Origin: an uncultured Gammaproteobacteria bacterium
Lineage (GTDB): Bacteria; Patescibacteriota; Microgenomatia; JAMCZE01
DNA length: 64,000 bases
Direction of reading: 5' to 3'
Assembly (NCBI GenBank): GCA_964641255.1
Contig: CAZXMM010000001.1
Span: forward strand, 601,984 to 665,983
This document shows, piece after piece, positions 54,582 through 63,337 of the stretch (position 1 is its first letter; each line of letters opens with the position of its first letter). The position numbers and the translations under genes were made by a program. The notes beneath the pieces are model-generated. The model ran no database searches, was not told where the DNA came from, and worked only from the letters and a program-made list of their open reading frames with translations.

Positions 54582-57260
54582 TTATTCGTCAATATCATCT
54601 TCAGGTAGTGCCGTGTTTTTAAACTTATTGGGACTCTTTTCTTGGCCGTTTGAAACTTTCTCTTTACTCTCTACTTTTAATTTATGAATGTACTTAATTG
54701 CCCAATTCTTCCTAGAAGCTTCAACTAGTGCTTCCATCTTTCCTTTGTCTTTAATAACTGGAATAAAGAGGGTTTCACCGGAGAATGGAGCTTCGGACTC
54801 AATAGCAGAAATTTTAATATAGAAGTGATAGCGAGACAGGTTTTGAATTTCTCCTTCTTCAACATATGGCGTAAACTGAGATAGCATCAATTGTTCATCA
54901 ATTGGGTTGCCAGATTTGAAACAAATTACGGTTGTGACGTTAGATAAAATCACGTTGACAATACTTCTGTCTTGCTGCTGTGACGTTGATTGTTCGGCGA
55001 TACAAACTTCTAGTCCATACTTTCTGCCTTCGGATAACATTTTAGAGAAGGACAATGTGGCAAAGTTTTGAAACTCGTCGACATAAAGATGAAACTGTTT
55101 TCTTTCACTTTGTGGCCGGTCTGCACGTTTAAGAGCAGCTTGCTGCAGCTTGGTTAAGATAGTTGTTCCCAGAAGCTTTGCTGTGTCCTCACCTAGCTTT
55201 CCTTGGGGAAGATTACAAATTAATATCTTTCCATCTAACACTTCGTCAAAATTGATTGTGGATTTCTTTTGTTCAAGTATTCGCTTTGCAGTTGGTGAGA
55301 AAAGGAATCGGCCGATCTTAGCAGTAACTCCACTGGTCATTTTAACTACTTGATAGTCACCAGCTCGACCAAACTCGAATTTCCAAAAGTTCTTCAGATT
55401 TTCGTCTTGTAGTTTGGCTACCACTTTTTGTTGGAATGGTGGATTGTTAAGTAAATCGTAAACTGTAAAAATCGTGGGTTCTTCTGTGGTAAACGCAGTG
55501 TGAATAGTATTTCTTAAGATATATTCGATTCTGTGAGCGTTGGCATTCTCCTCCTTGGAGAACACTTTTCTAAAAAGCGAAATTACCCCTTCAGCTACGA
55601 GTTCTTTTTCTAACTCCGCTTCATCTTCGTCTAGTCCAGGAGTTAACTCTAATAGATTAATTCCAATTGGATATTTAAGATCAACTGGATTGAAATATAT
55701 AAGGTCGTCTTTTCTATCTTCTGGAACTGAGGCTAGTAAGTCTTCGGAAACATCGCCATGAGGATCGACAAAAGCCATTCCTTCACCGCTTGCAATATCG
55801 TGCCTGGCCATGCTGAACATTAGCGTTGTTTTTCCACTCCCAGTTCGTCCAATAATATACATATGAGTTTTCCGCTCATCCGCGGTTAATCCAATTGGAG
55901 TTTCCGTTCCTGCATACGTGTTTTTTCCAAACACCACGCTTAGCTCTTTTCCTTGCTTTAAGGTGAGGGGTGCTGGAAGCTCTTTTGACATGATCTTAAC
56001 TATATTTTCAGTTTGCGTTACTTTGGCAAACGGAAAATGGAAGAGATCGGCTGCTTCTGAAACTGATAGAAGAGAATTACTGCTGTTTAATATTGGCGAT
56101 AAAAGGCGTTTCTCAAAAGCTAATAGTCTAAGTCTATTAGTTAAAACTCCTGGAAAACTATTCTTTGGCTGAATTGCTTGATATTGTGGCACTCCAAAAA
56201 CGGCCAAAGAGGAAGTAAAACCATCACTTCTTTCCTGACTGGCAGTTTTATCTTTCATAACTGTCAGAACCCGAATCGAGCTTTCAAAAAGAGATTGTTT
56301 AATCTTTTCTTGAATTGTTTCAACTGTCTGCTGTTCAAAACTACTTAAAACTCTTGCCGGTTTAACATGCGCCTGCTGTATCTGTTGTTGAGATTGCATT
56401 TGGTAAGCATAGGCAGGAGAAGAGCTTGGTGAGTGAACTAACTCGGTAATTATCCATTGAGTTTCCCTGCCTAATTCACTAATTCCCTTCATAAGGATAT
56501 TTAAAGCAAAATTCAATGGGTTCAGCCATTTAGGGAATTGGAAGCTATTCAAATAATCCAAAACATTTTCATTGTGCAGAATCATGGTCGATAATTTATT
56601 AACCTCACTCACTTTTGTCGGAGTTAACACTAACTGGAAGGCGATAAGTTCTCCAGGATTCAGTTTTGTCATCATGCCAGTGATATAGGCTACGGGATCG
56701 TGCTCATCTAGTACATTCTGTTTTTGCAACGGAAAGGCAAAATGTTTGCTTAACTTATACTCAGTTATTTTCGTGTGTGAAGTATCTGAAATTTTAGATA
56801 AGTATTCTTCAACTTCTTTTACATTCGCTTGTGGAACATATGAGAATAAGTTCCTTTTGACATTATTTACTTCCCTTGGAGAAGTTCTAATTAAAAATCT
56901 TATTCCTTGATCTAAAGTCGAAACTATTTCAAAGGAAAACACAATCTTCCTCCCTAAAACTCTGTCTATAAATTTCCTTTTACTTCCCAGGGTATGGACC
57001 ACGGCAAATAGTTGAGCGGTTGTATAAGCAGTTTTTTGGCTAAAGGCTGGCGGGGTGAGCTCCAAGAGGATGCTTTCTTCCTTGAGTTCTTTCCCCATAG
57101 AAATAAGCCTTCTAAGGAGTTGGATTAACCCTACAAATAAAATCAAACTGGAAATTATATAGAAAGCTGGAGCTAATTTAATTACCACGGACAGCATGTT
57201 AATCTGCAGTAAAGCGGCTTTGAATATCTGTCCAAACCCCAATTGCTTTAAAATGGTCAT
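54582..57260 (-). CDS. Type IV coupling protein (TraD/VirD4-like ATPase)
   Basis: H.YIIGRTGSGKT, DPHGD, YVDEFQNF and LSEGRKY motifs. Confidence 0.9.
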   Translation of the reverse strand: MTILKQLGFGQIFKAALLQINMLSVVIKLAPAFYIISSLILFVGLIQLLRRLISMGKELKEESILLELTPPAFSQKTAYTTAQLFAVVHTLGSKRKFIDRVLGRKIVFSFEIVSTLDQGIRFLIRTSPREVNNVKRNLFSYVPQANVKEVEEYLSKISDTSHTKITEYKLSKHFAFPLQKQNVLDEHDPVAYITGMMTKLNPGELIAFQLVLTPTKVSEVNKLSTMILHNENVLDYLNSFQFPKWLNPLNFALNILMKGISELGRETQWIITELVHSPSSSPAYAYQMQSQQQIQQAHVKPARVLSSFEQQTVETIQEKIKQSLFESSIRVLTVMKDKTASQERSDGFTSSLAVFGVPQYQAIQPKNSFPGVLTNRLRLLAFEKRLLSPILNSSNSLLSVSEAADLFHFPFAKVTQTENIVKIMSKELPAPLTLKQGKELSVVFGKNTYAGTETPIGLTADERKTHMYIIGRTGSGKTTLMFSMARHDIASGEGMAFVDPHGDVSEDLLASVPEDRKDDLIYFNPVDLKYPIGINLLELTPGLDEDEAELEKELVAEGVISLFRKVFSKEENANAHRIEYILRNTIHTAFTTEEPTIFTVYDLLNNPPFQQKVVAKLQDENLKNFWKFEFGRAGDYQVVKMTSGVTAKIGRFLFSPTAKRILEQKKSTINFDEVLDGKILICNLPQGKLGEDTAKLLGTTILTKLQQAALKRADRPQSERKQFHLYVDEFQNFATLSFSKMLSEGRKYGLEVCIAEQSTSQQQDRSIVNVILSNVTTVICFKSGNPIDEQLMLSQFTPYVEEGEIQNLSRYHFYIKISAIESEAPFSGETLFIPVIKDKGKMEALVEASRKNWAIKYIHKLKVESKEKVSNGQEKSPNKFKNTALPEDDIDE

Positions 57261-57374
57261 TTCCGTCTCATTTGTGGGCAGACAGACTTTGAAATAATAA
57301 GACTACGTGAGCAGTAAACGGAGTATAGCTTATTGTTAAGCTCCAAGCAAAAAGAAAGTCCAGTAAGTTGTGGG

Positions 57375-57617
57375 TTAAAAAGGCAAAATTTGTGAAGATC
57401 TAACGTTTAAGACTTTACAGATTTTTTCCATTACGGAGAAGGTTAAATTTTGTTCACCTCTCTCAATCCCTGCATAGTAAGTTTCAGAAATTCCCACGTT
57501 TTTAGCAACTTCCTCTTGAGTCCAACGCTTTTTGTCTCTGATCTCCCTGACTTTTCGGCCAAACTCTTCGAGTGACCGTCTATTTATGTCTACTGGCATG
57601 AAATTAGTATAGCGCAT
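57375..57617 (-). CDS. Xre-family HTH repressor
   Basis: TQEEVA..VGISETYYAGIERG. Confidence 0.9.
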   Translation of the reverse strand: MRYTNFMPVDINRRSLEEFGRKVREIRDKKRWTQEEVAKNVGISETYYAGIERGEQNLTFSVMEKICKVLNVRSSQILPF

Positions 57618-57674
57618 TTTAAAAAGAGCTTTTCAAGTATTTAATAGCTGGGTCTGTAAAAGCAATTCTCGTGC

Positions 57675-57720
57675 TTGACAGGTGTAACTATAGTTACTAT
57701 ACTATAAATATAGTTACACC
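57675..57720 (+). promoter_or_regulatory. Sigma70 promoter with overlapping operator for the integrase operon
   Basis: TTGACA-17-TATACT overlapped by inverted repeat GGTGTAACTATA...TATAGTTACACC. Confidence 0.8.
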
Positions 57721-57737
57721 GCAATATCGAATAAAAC

Positions 57738-57923
57738 ATGTTAACGCCAGAATTATTAGAGGAATTTAAGAGACTATACCAAAAGAAATACAATATTAGT
57801 CTTTCTGATGAAGAAAACACTCGACTGGCAACAGACTTTCTAAATTTAATGAAAGTTTTATTAAGGCCGAAGCCAAAAAAAGCCGAGAGTAATGAAAGTT
57901 ATCAATCGGCAAGCCAAATATGA
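57738..57923 (+). CDS. Small LSR-associated protein
   Basis: 61 aa, EEFK.L....Y...LSDEE; ATGA-coupled to the LSR; similar to 62050-62307. Confidence 0.8.
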   Translation: MLTPELLEEFKRLYQKKYNISLSDEENTRLATDFLNLMKVLLRPKPKKAESNESYQSASQI

Positions 57924-59662
57924 GATTAAACGAATATACAAACGTGCAATCGTCTGTTCAACAATTACCTACCGTTCCCAGATATATCATGTACTGCCGA
58001 AAAAGCAGTGAGTCTGACGAGCGACAAATCCAGTCTTTACCCGACCAAATCACAAGTTTGACAAATCTTGTCAAAGGGCAAGGAATGAACCTGGTGGGAG
58101 AAGCCTTACAAGAATCCAGAACAGCCAAAATTCCAGGCAGACCAGTATTTGAACAGCTAATCCAAATGATAGAAAACGGCAAAGCAAACAGCATCGTACT
58201 CCTTAACCCCTCACGTCTTTCTCGAAACACAGTAGATACTGGAAGAGTAATTTATATGATGGATCAGGGAAAGCTTCTTGAAGTGATGACGCCTTATCAA
58301 ACATTTAAAAACAATCCTAATGATAAATTCATGCTCAATTTGCTATGTAGTCAAGCTAAGTTAGAAAACGACAATAAAAGCGTTAACATAAAAGAATCGC
58401 TGAAGCTTAAATCAGAACGCGGCATTTTCCCTGGTAAGGCTAGACCCGGTTATAAAAATAATCACGAAAAACCTCAAGGGCTAAGAGACATTTCTGCTCA
58501 TTCAGTTTATTTTCCGTTAATGAGGAAACTCTTCGACTTAGCCTTAACTGGAAACTACAGTGTTGAAAAACTGGTTGTTGAATCTGAAAAGCTGGGAATA
58601 CGAAGTTCCAAAAGTGGAAAGACTATTTGTAAAAGTTGGATGCACCGAATTCTCAGAGACCCCTTCTACACAGGGCGGTTTATTTACAACGGAAAGATAT
58701 TTAAAGGACAGCATCCGGCCATAATTAGCGATGAAGAGTTTAACCTCTTGCAAGATATTTTAGACGGAAGGACAAAACCAAGACAATACCGACACGACTT
58801 TGCTTTAAATGGAATTATTAAATGTGGAAGCTGCGGTTATTGCGTAACAGCTGAAGAACATACCAAGAGATATAAAAATGGCAAATGTCAGGTTTTTGCC
58901 TATTATCACTGCACTAAAAAAGGCAGCGACAAATGTGACCAACCCTATGTACGTACTTCCAAGTTAGAAGTACAGTTTGCTTCTGAGTTAACTCAATTAG
59001 AGTTAGATAAAGATTCTCTTGGATGGGCATATAAAGCTTTAGATCTTGTAAAAGAGAAAGACAGCGTAGTAACCAAAGATAGTTCTGAAGCTATCAAAAT
59101 TACTTTAGACGGAGTCAATAAACGAATTGATAATTTATTAGCTCTTAAAATCTCTCCGGTCAATTCTGACGGCAGCTTACTGTCTGATAGCGAATTCTCT
59201 GATAGGAAAAGAAAACTAATGGAAGAAAAAGACCAAATAATTCAGCAACTTTCACAAGTTAATTCCAATAATAATGAATGGATTGATTTGGCAGATGGCA
59301 GTTTTGAGTTTGGTCGATTAGCTTATGACAGGTTTATAAACGGGGACTCAGAGGATAAGAAAGTCATTTTTAAGACAATCGGCTCGAACCAAATCTTAAT
59401 AGATCAAAAATTGCAATTTCAGCTTCGAAAACTATTTCTCTATTATAAAAGGGGCGCAAATGGGGGAGGAGAGAAGAAAGACCCGCTCGTACCTAAAGAC
59501 GGACTGTTAAATCAATCTAATCTCAATTTTTCTGAAAAAAGTTCTCTATGGTGCGGACGAGAGGAGTTGAACCTCCACACCCTTGCGGGCACCAGCACCT
59601 CAAGCTGGCGTGTATACCATTTCACCACGTCCGCTGATTTTTTACAGAATCTTGTGCCGTGA
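57920..59662 (+). CDS. Large serine recombinase (integrase) LSR1
   Basis: YCRKSSE, SRLSRN, recombinase domain, KCGSCG...YYHC...C zinc ribbon; last ~37 codons are antisense to the tRNA cluster. Confidence 0.95.
   Translation: MRLNEYTNVQSSVQQLPTVPRYIMYCRKSSESDERQIQSLPDQITSLTNLVKGQGMNLVGEALQESRTAKIPGRPVFEQLIQMIENGKANSIVLLNPSRLSRNTVDTGRVIYMMDQGKLLEVMTPYQTFKNNPNDKFMLNLLCSQAKLENDNKSVNIKESLKLKSERGIFPGKARPGYKNNHEKPQGLRDISAHSVYFPLMRKLFDLALTGNYSVEKLVVESEKLGIRSSKSGKTICKSWMHRILRDPFYTGRFIYNGKIFKGQHPAIISDEEFNLLQDILDGRTKPRQYRHDFALNGIIKCGSCGYCVTAEEHTKRYKNGKCQVFAYYHCTKKGSDKCDQPYVRTSKLEVQFASELTQLELDKDSLGWAYKALDLVKEKDSVVTKDSSEAIKITLDGVNKRIDNLLALKISPVNSDGSLLSDSEFSDRKRKLMEEKDQIIQQLSQVNSNNNEWIDLADGSFEFGRLAYDRFINGDSEDKKVIFKTIGSNQILIDQKLQFQLRKLFLYYKRGANGGGEKKDPLVPKDGLLNQSNLNFSEKSSLWCGREELNLHTLAGTSTSSWRVYHFTTSADFLQNLVP
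59549..59634 (-). tRNA. tRNA-Leu(GAG), attR site
   Basis: GCGGACG/CGTCCGC acceptor stem, CCAGC-TTGAGGT-GCTGG, long variable arm, CCA. Confidence 0.95.
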
Positions 59663-59741
59663 GGGAGAGTTGAACTCCCACTCCTTGTTTAAGGGAACAG
59701 GCTTCTGAGGCCTGCGTGTCTGCCAGTTCCACCATCACGGC
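59655..59741 (-). tRNA. tRNA-Leu(CAG)
   Basis: CAGGC-CTCAGAA-GCCTG anticodon arm, long variable arm. Confidence 0.95.
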
Positions 59742-59769
59742 ATTCTGGTTGACCAGCTTACCTATTTTG

Positions 59770-59842
59770 TGCCGAGGTACAGAATCGAACTGTAATCTGA
59801 TGCTCTTCAGGCACCCGCCGTGACCAACTTGGCTACCTCGGC
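59770..59842 (-). tRNA. tRNA-Phe(GAA)
   Basis: GCCGAGG acceptor stem, loop CTGAAGA. Confidence 0.92.
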
Positions 59843-59863
59843 TTAAATAAAAACTACTTTGGG

Positions 59864-59934
59864 AGCGGGATACCAGAATCGAACTGGTGCTCACACTTTG
59901 GAAAAGTGTTGTTCTACCATTGAACTAATCCCGC
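59864..59934 (-). tRNA. tRNA-Gly(TCC)
   Basis: ACACT-TTTCCAA-AGTGT anticodon arm. Confidence 0.93.
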
Positions 59935-59993
59935 TTTCGCTGCGCTTCGGCGGGCAAGCCCGCTTCATCAGCGTTGTTTATTATATATTATTG

Positions 59994-60065
59994 TCGGGGT
60001 GAGAGGAATTGAACCTCCTGCTTCTCGGTCCCAAACCGAGCGTTCTACCGATGAACTACACCCCG
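59994..60065 (-). tRNA. tRNA-Pro(TGG)
   Basis: CTCGG-TTTGGGA-CCGAG anticodon arm. Confidence 0.95.
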
Positions 60066-60076
60066 AAACCTCTTAG

Positions 60077-60158
60077 TGCCGAGGATGGGAGTCGAACCCA
60101 TATCCCTTGAGAGGACACGATTTTAAGTCGTGCGTGTATACCATTCCACCACCCCGGC
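60077..60158 (-). tRNA. tRNA-Leu(TAA)
   Basis: CACGA-CTTAAAA-TCGTG anticodon arm, long variable arm. Confidence 0.95.
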
Positions 60159-60167
60159 TAGCTATGC

Positions 60168-60308
60168 TTAGTCCTTACGAATAGTGACGGCTTTTATTTC
60201 CAGTTCGTTGTCCTTATCAACCATCTCCTCGAGCATCTCAAGAAGCTTTTGAATTTTGTCTTCAGGACCAACGAACTCCATGATGAGTCGTTGCAAATCA
60301 TCGGCCAT
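60168..60308 (-). CDS. Small acidic hypothetical protein (46 aa)
   Basis: MADDLQRLIMEFVGPEDKIQKLLEMLEEMVDKDNELEIKAVTIRKD with AAAGGA SD. Confidence 0.55.
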   Translation of the reverse strand: MADDLQRLIMEFVGPEDKIQKLLEMLEEMVDKDNELEIKAVTIRKD

Positions 60309-60394
60309 ATGTAAAATTCCTTTCTCTGTAATTTTAGCATGCCTAAAGCCAAAGTACGATAAGAACTACCAAAGGGGGGGTCTTTTCTATATAA

Positions 60395-62020
60395 TTACGT
60401 CAGCTGCGGGCGTTGTATACCGGTAATACGTCTCCTTGCCAAGGAGAAGACAGAGGGTTCGATTCCCTTCGCCCGCTCCATATCGGACTGCATTTGCAAA
60501 AATGCCTTTTTAGACCGATCTATAGAGCTATTTTCAGGTTCGAGCCACTCATTTTTCCGAATTACGCTTTTTTCAGTCTCTTTTATGTACACAAATGCGT
60601 TTTTGGCGTTGATTCGGACTATTCTGTCTTTCAACTCCAGGTTCGAGCCGAGAATCCTCAGTACCATTCTTTTGGCTTCCGTGTCGTAAGAATGGAAGAT
60701 TTTAGTGACGTTGGATAGAAATGCTAACACCTCTTCCATCACCTCAGTCCAGTTAGTTAAACCGTCGCTGGCAATGTTATCCTTTGTCTGTTTTTCTTCA
60801 ACCAAAAGACGACTTTTTTCCTTTTTATACTCATCATCGCTAATTAAACCTTCAATCTTCATTCCATAAAGGTTTTTCTTCTCAACTAAAATAGCGTCAA
60901 GGCGTTTGGTCAGTTTACTTTTCTGTCCGCGCTCGAATTCAAATTCCCTCTCGTTTCTTCTTCTGAGGTTTTTCCTGACCCAGGTCACAAACGTAGGTCT
61001 TATTTCCAAACTGTTGATAAACTCAGTTACCTGTTTCTCAACTTCAATTGCATTAAGGTATGGCTGACTACATGGTCCTTTTTTCTTAACACACCTGGCA
61101 TAGATGAAAGTCTGAGAGTTGCCGTTTTTATATTCCTTAGTTTTGCGGTCACAGGTAATTGCAGAGCCGCACTCCCCGCACTTGAGTGTTTTCATGAAGT
61201 AAAAGTCATTTGTAAATTGGTGTATCTTGGCTCTGCCATCAATGGTGTCCTGAACCCGATAATATTCATCAAGTGTTACCATTGGTGTGTGTTTTCCGTT
61301 AAATCGTTCTCCTACGTAGTCAAATAATCCGGCGTAGAAGATATTTCTAAAAAACCGGAAAGCTTCGGTTCTGCTTACCGGTTTGCCTGTTCTCTTGCTT
61401 TTTAGTCCCAAGGCAGTAATTTTCTGCAGAGAACTCTCGACAGTTTCATTGCCTGTCAGCATTAACTCCCACCACGACCGACACAGGTTAAACCGTTCCG
61501 GATCAGGAAGAACTTCCTTTTGCCCCTTCGGCTTTATGGGATCGTTAACATAACCTAATGGTGCTGAACCTGGCCTCCACCCGTTTTGAACTTTTGTATT
61601 CATTCCACGCTTAACATTATCGGAAAGATCTTTGCTAAATTTAGTTGCCATGCCGAACTCAATAAATAGAAAGGTTGAGTTATTTCGGTCGTAGTCCATT
61701 GTCGGTGTAACAATCTGCATTCCGTTATAGTCGACATGATCAATGAGGGTTCCGCCTTCTTTGGCATTCCGGCATAAACGGTCAGCCTTCCAGCAAATTA
61801 TATGGTTGGCTTCACCCTGAGATATCCTGGCAAGCATCTGCTTAAACTCCGGTCTCTTGTCCGGTCGTTTGGCTGATTTGCTCTCTCTATACACGCCAAT
61901 AACAGCGAAGCCTTTGTCCGCCGCTAGTTCGCTACAAATTTTTTCCTGATCATCAAGAGAGAGAATTTGGCGGTCTTTATCCTCGGAAGATTTTCTACAG
62001 TATATAAAACAAGTATTCAT
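60395..62020 (-). CDS. Large serine recombinase (integrase) LSR2
   Basis: YCRKSSE, DRLCRN, KCGECG...YARC...C; C-terminus reads antisense through tRNA-Gly(GCC). Confidence 0.95.
   Translation of the reverse strand: MNTCFIYCRKSSEDKDRQILSLDDQEKICSELAADKGFAVIGVYRESKSAKRPDKRPEFKQMLARISQGEANHIICWKADRLCRNAKEGGTLIDHVDYNGMQIVTPTMDYDRNNSTFLFIEFGMATKFSKDLSDNVKRGMNTKVQNGWRPGSAPLGYVNDPIKPKGQKEVLPDPERFNLCRSWWELMLTGNETVESSLQKITALGLKSKRTGKPVSRTEAFRFFRNIFYAGLFDYVGERFNGKHTPMVTLDEYYRVQDTIDGRAKIHQFTNDFYFMKTLKCGECGSAITCDRKTKEYKNGNSQTFIYARCVKKKGPCSQPYLNAIEVEKQVTEFINSLEIRPTFVTWVRKNLRRRNEREFEFERGQKSKLTKRLDAILVEKKNLYGMKIEGLISDDEYKKEKSRLLVEEKQTKDNIASDGLTNWTEVMEEVLAFLSNVTKIFHSYDTEAKRMVLRILGSNLELKDRIVRINAKNAFVYIKETEKSVIRKNEWLEPENSSIDRSKKAFLQMQSDMERAKGIEPSVFSLARRRITGIQRPQLT
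60406..60480 (+). tRNA. tRNA-Gly(GCC), att site of second element
   Basis: TCTCC-TTGCCAA-GGAGA anticodon arm, CCA encoded. Confidence 0.95.
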
Positions 62021-62049
62021 GTTATTTGGTCTTCCAAGTAAGATTATTC

Positions 62050-62307
62050 TTACTTCTGGATTGTGTTGATGTTAACTCTATTACGTTTGTTTGCAAGTGA
62101 TTTTTCGATTAAGGTATCCACCAACAGCAATAATGCAGTCGCTTGCTCAAAAGCCTGCTCGTCAGTTAACCGTACTCCATACTCTTTAAGGGCTATTTCC
62201 TTAAACTCATCGAGTTCCTCTCTGGTTACGAGAGAGTTTGTAAGTATTAGGGTGTTACCGTTATTAGTTGTTTTCTGGGCAGCAATTTCTGTCATCTTTA
62301 TAACCAA
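62050..62307 (-). CDS. Small LSR-associated protein
   Basis: EELDEFKEIALKEYGVRLTDEQA, similar to 57738-57923. Confidence 0.75.
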   Translation of the reverse strand: MVIKMTEIAAQKTTNNGNTLILTNSLVTREELDEFKEIALKEYGVRLTDEQAFEQATALLLLVDTLIEKSLANKRNRVNINTIQK

Positions 62308-62429
62308 AGGTACAGAAACTGTCGATTTACCTCAATAAACTTTATGATTGGATTTGTCCACTTGTGTAAATATTCAGATGATTTGTGTACATTACTGATC
62401 AATTAAGCAGAATTTGCTATGATAAAAAT

Positions 62430-62579
62430 ATGCCGACCTTTTTCCATCAGGAGAAAAAACAGCCTTTTATGTACTCAGCGATTGAAACCCGTAGGAGCAA
62501 ACCAAACTATTCAGGTTGGGTTATTGGAGGTGTTTTGTTGACCGGCTTATTACTCGGGGCATATCTAATTCTTACCTAG
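62430..62579 (+). CDS. Small single-TM protein
   Basis: 49 aa from ATG 62430 with C-terminal hydrophobic helix. Confidence 0.45.
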   Translation: MPTFFHQEKKQPFMYSAIETRRSKPNYSGWVIGGVLLTGLLLGAYLILT

Positions 62580-62626
62580 TGCGATTGACTCTGAAAGGCA
62601 TTTTTGGTATATTTACAGTACCGAAT

Positions 62627-62712
62627 GACCTTTGTGGTGAAGGTACCTTACTTTTAGGGAACTGTTGACATTAGCAATAGTGATTCAACTTAGCCACAGA
62701 GGTCGCTTTTTT
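62627..62712 (+). ncRNA. Putative DUF3800-associated structured RNA
   Basis: Promoter TTGACT-17-TATATT (62585-62613), closing stem GACCTTTGTGG/CCACAGAGGTC, internal hairpins, T-run; convergent with DUF3800. Confidence 0.65.
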
Positions 62713-63335
62713 TAGTAGGGCTTCCACAAATCTTCTTCCCGTTTTCTGATCAGCTTATAAAACGAATCGTCCTTTTTGTTGTATTTTCTGTAAATTGCTC
62801 CGCACACCATATCAGCCAGCTGTAAGAGGTTGTTGCTTTTGGAATCCTTGTGCCGGATCTCCCCAATGAGTTTATTCATATCAGTGTTTAGTTTTCTCTT
62901 CAGGTAATGATTGAATTTCTGAATGAAGGCTTTTGACTGTGCAGTTCTGTCAACAAAAAGTGAAGCGTTTTTCACTCTGCCCTGTGCTCTGAGGAACAAC
63001 TGATCAGTAACCAGCATATATAAACTTTCTTCAGGATTATGAGGCTCGCGTTGCGCGAGTTTTTCTTTATCAATGACTATCGTCCGGTACCGGAAGTCAT
63101 ATTTTGAGAGTTTGCTCAGAAACACAGTCTTATACTTATTCGATGTTCCCGTACTAAACTTAAACTCTTTATTATCGGGAAATTTGAGTTCCTTATGTAA
63201 TTGGTTAATCGCTTCGTTTGCTTCCGCCGCACTTTCAAGATTGTCGAAGATAACGATTGTTAAAACAAAATACCTACTGGAGGCAGTCTTCAGCTTAAAT
63301 CCGGTGTCCCCGGATTCATCCATAAAAATAAGCAT
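62712..63335 (-). CDS. DUF3800-family protein
   Basis: IFMDESGD N-terminus, EFKF and LQLAD motifs. Confidence 0.88.
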   Translation of the reverse strand: MLIFMDESGDTGFKLKTASSRYFVLTIVIFDNLESAAEANEAINQLHKELKFPDNKEFKFSTGTSNKYKTVFLSKLSKYDFRYRTIVIDKEKLAQREPHNPEESLYMLVTDQLFLRAQGRVKNASLFVDRTAQSKAFIQKFNHYLKRKLNTDMNKLIGEIRHKDSKSNNLLQLADMVCGAIYRKYNKKDDSFYKLIRKREEDLWKPY

Positions 63336-63337
63336 CG

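Larger units (their letters stand above)
21065..59554. mobile_element. ~38.5 kb integrative (putatively conjugative) element at the tRNA-Leu(GAG) 3' end
   Basis: GTGC core at both ends, LSR, VirB4/PrgI/VirB6-like/pilin genes, coupling protein, Replic_Relax-like gene, metal cargo. Confidence 0.85.

Noticed and set aside
59622-59894. 90 aa ORF in the track
   Set aside because: Lies over tRNA genes on the same strand.
59944-59966. Small GC hairpin GCGGGCAAGCCCGC between tRNAs
   Set aside because: Single copy in the window; at most a processing or REP-like hairpin.
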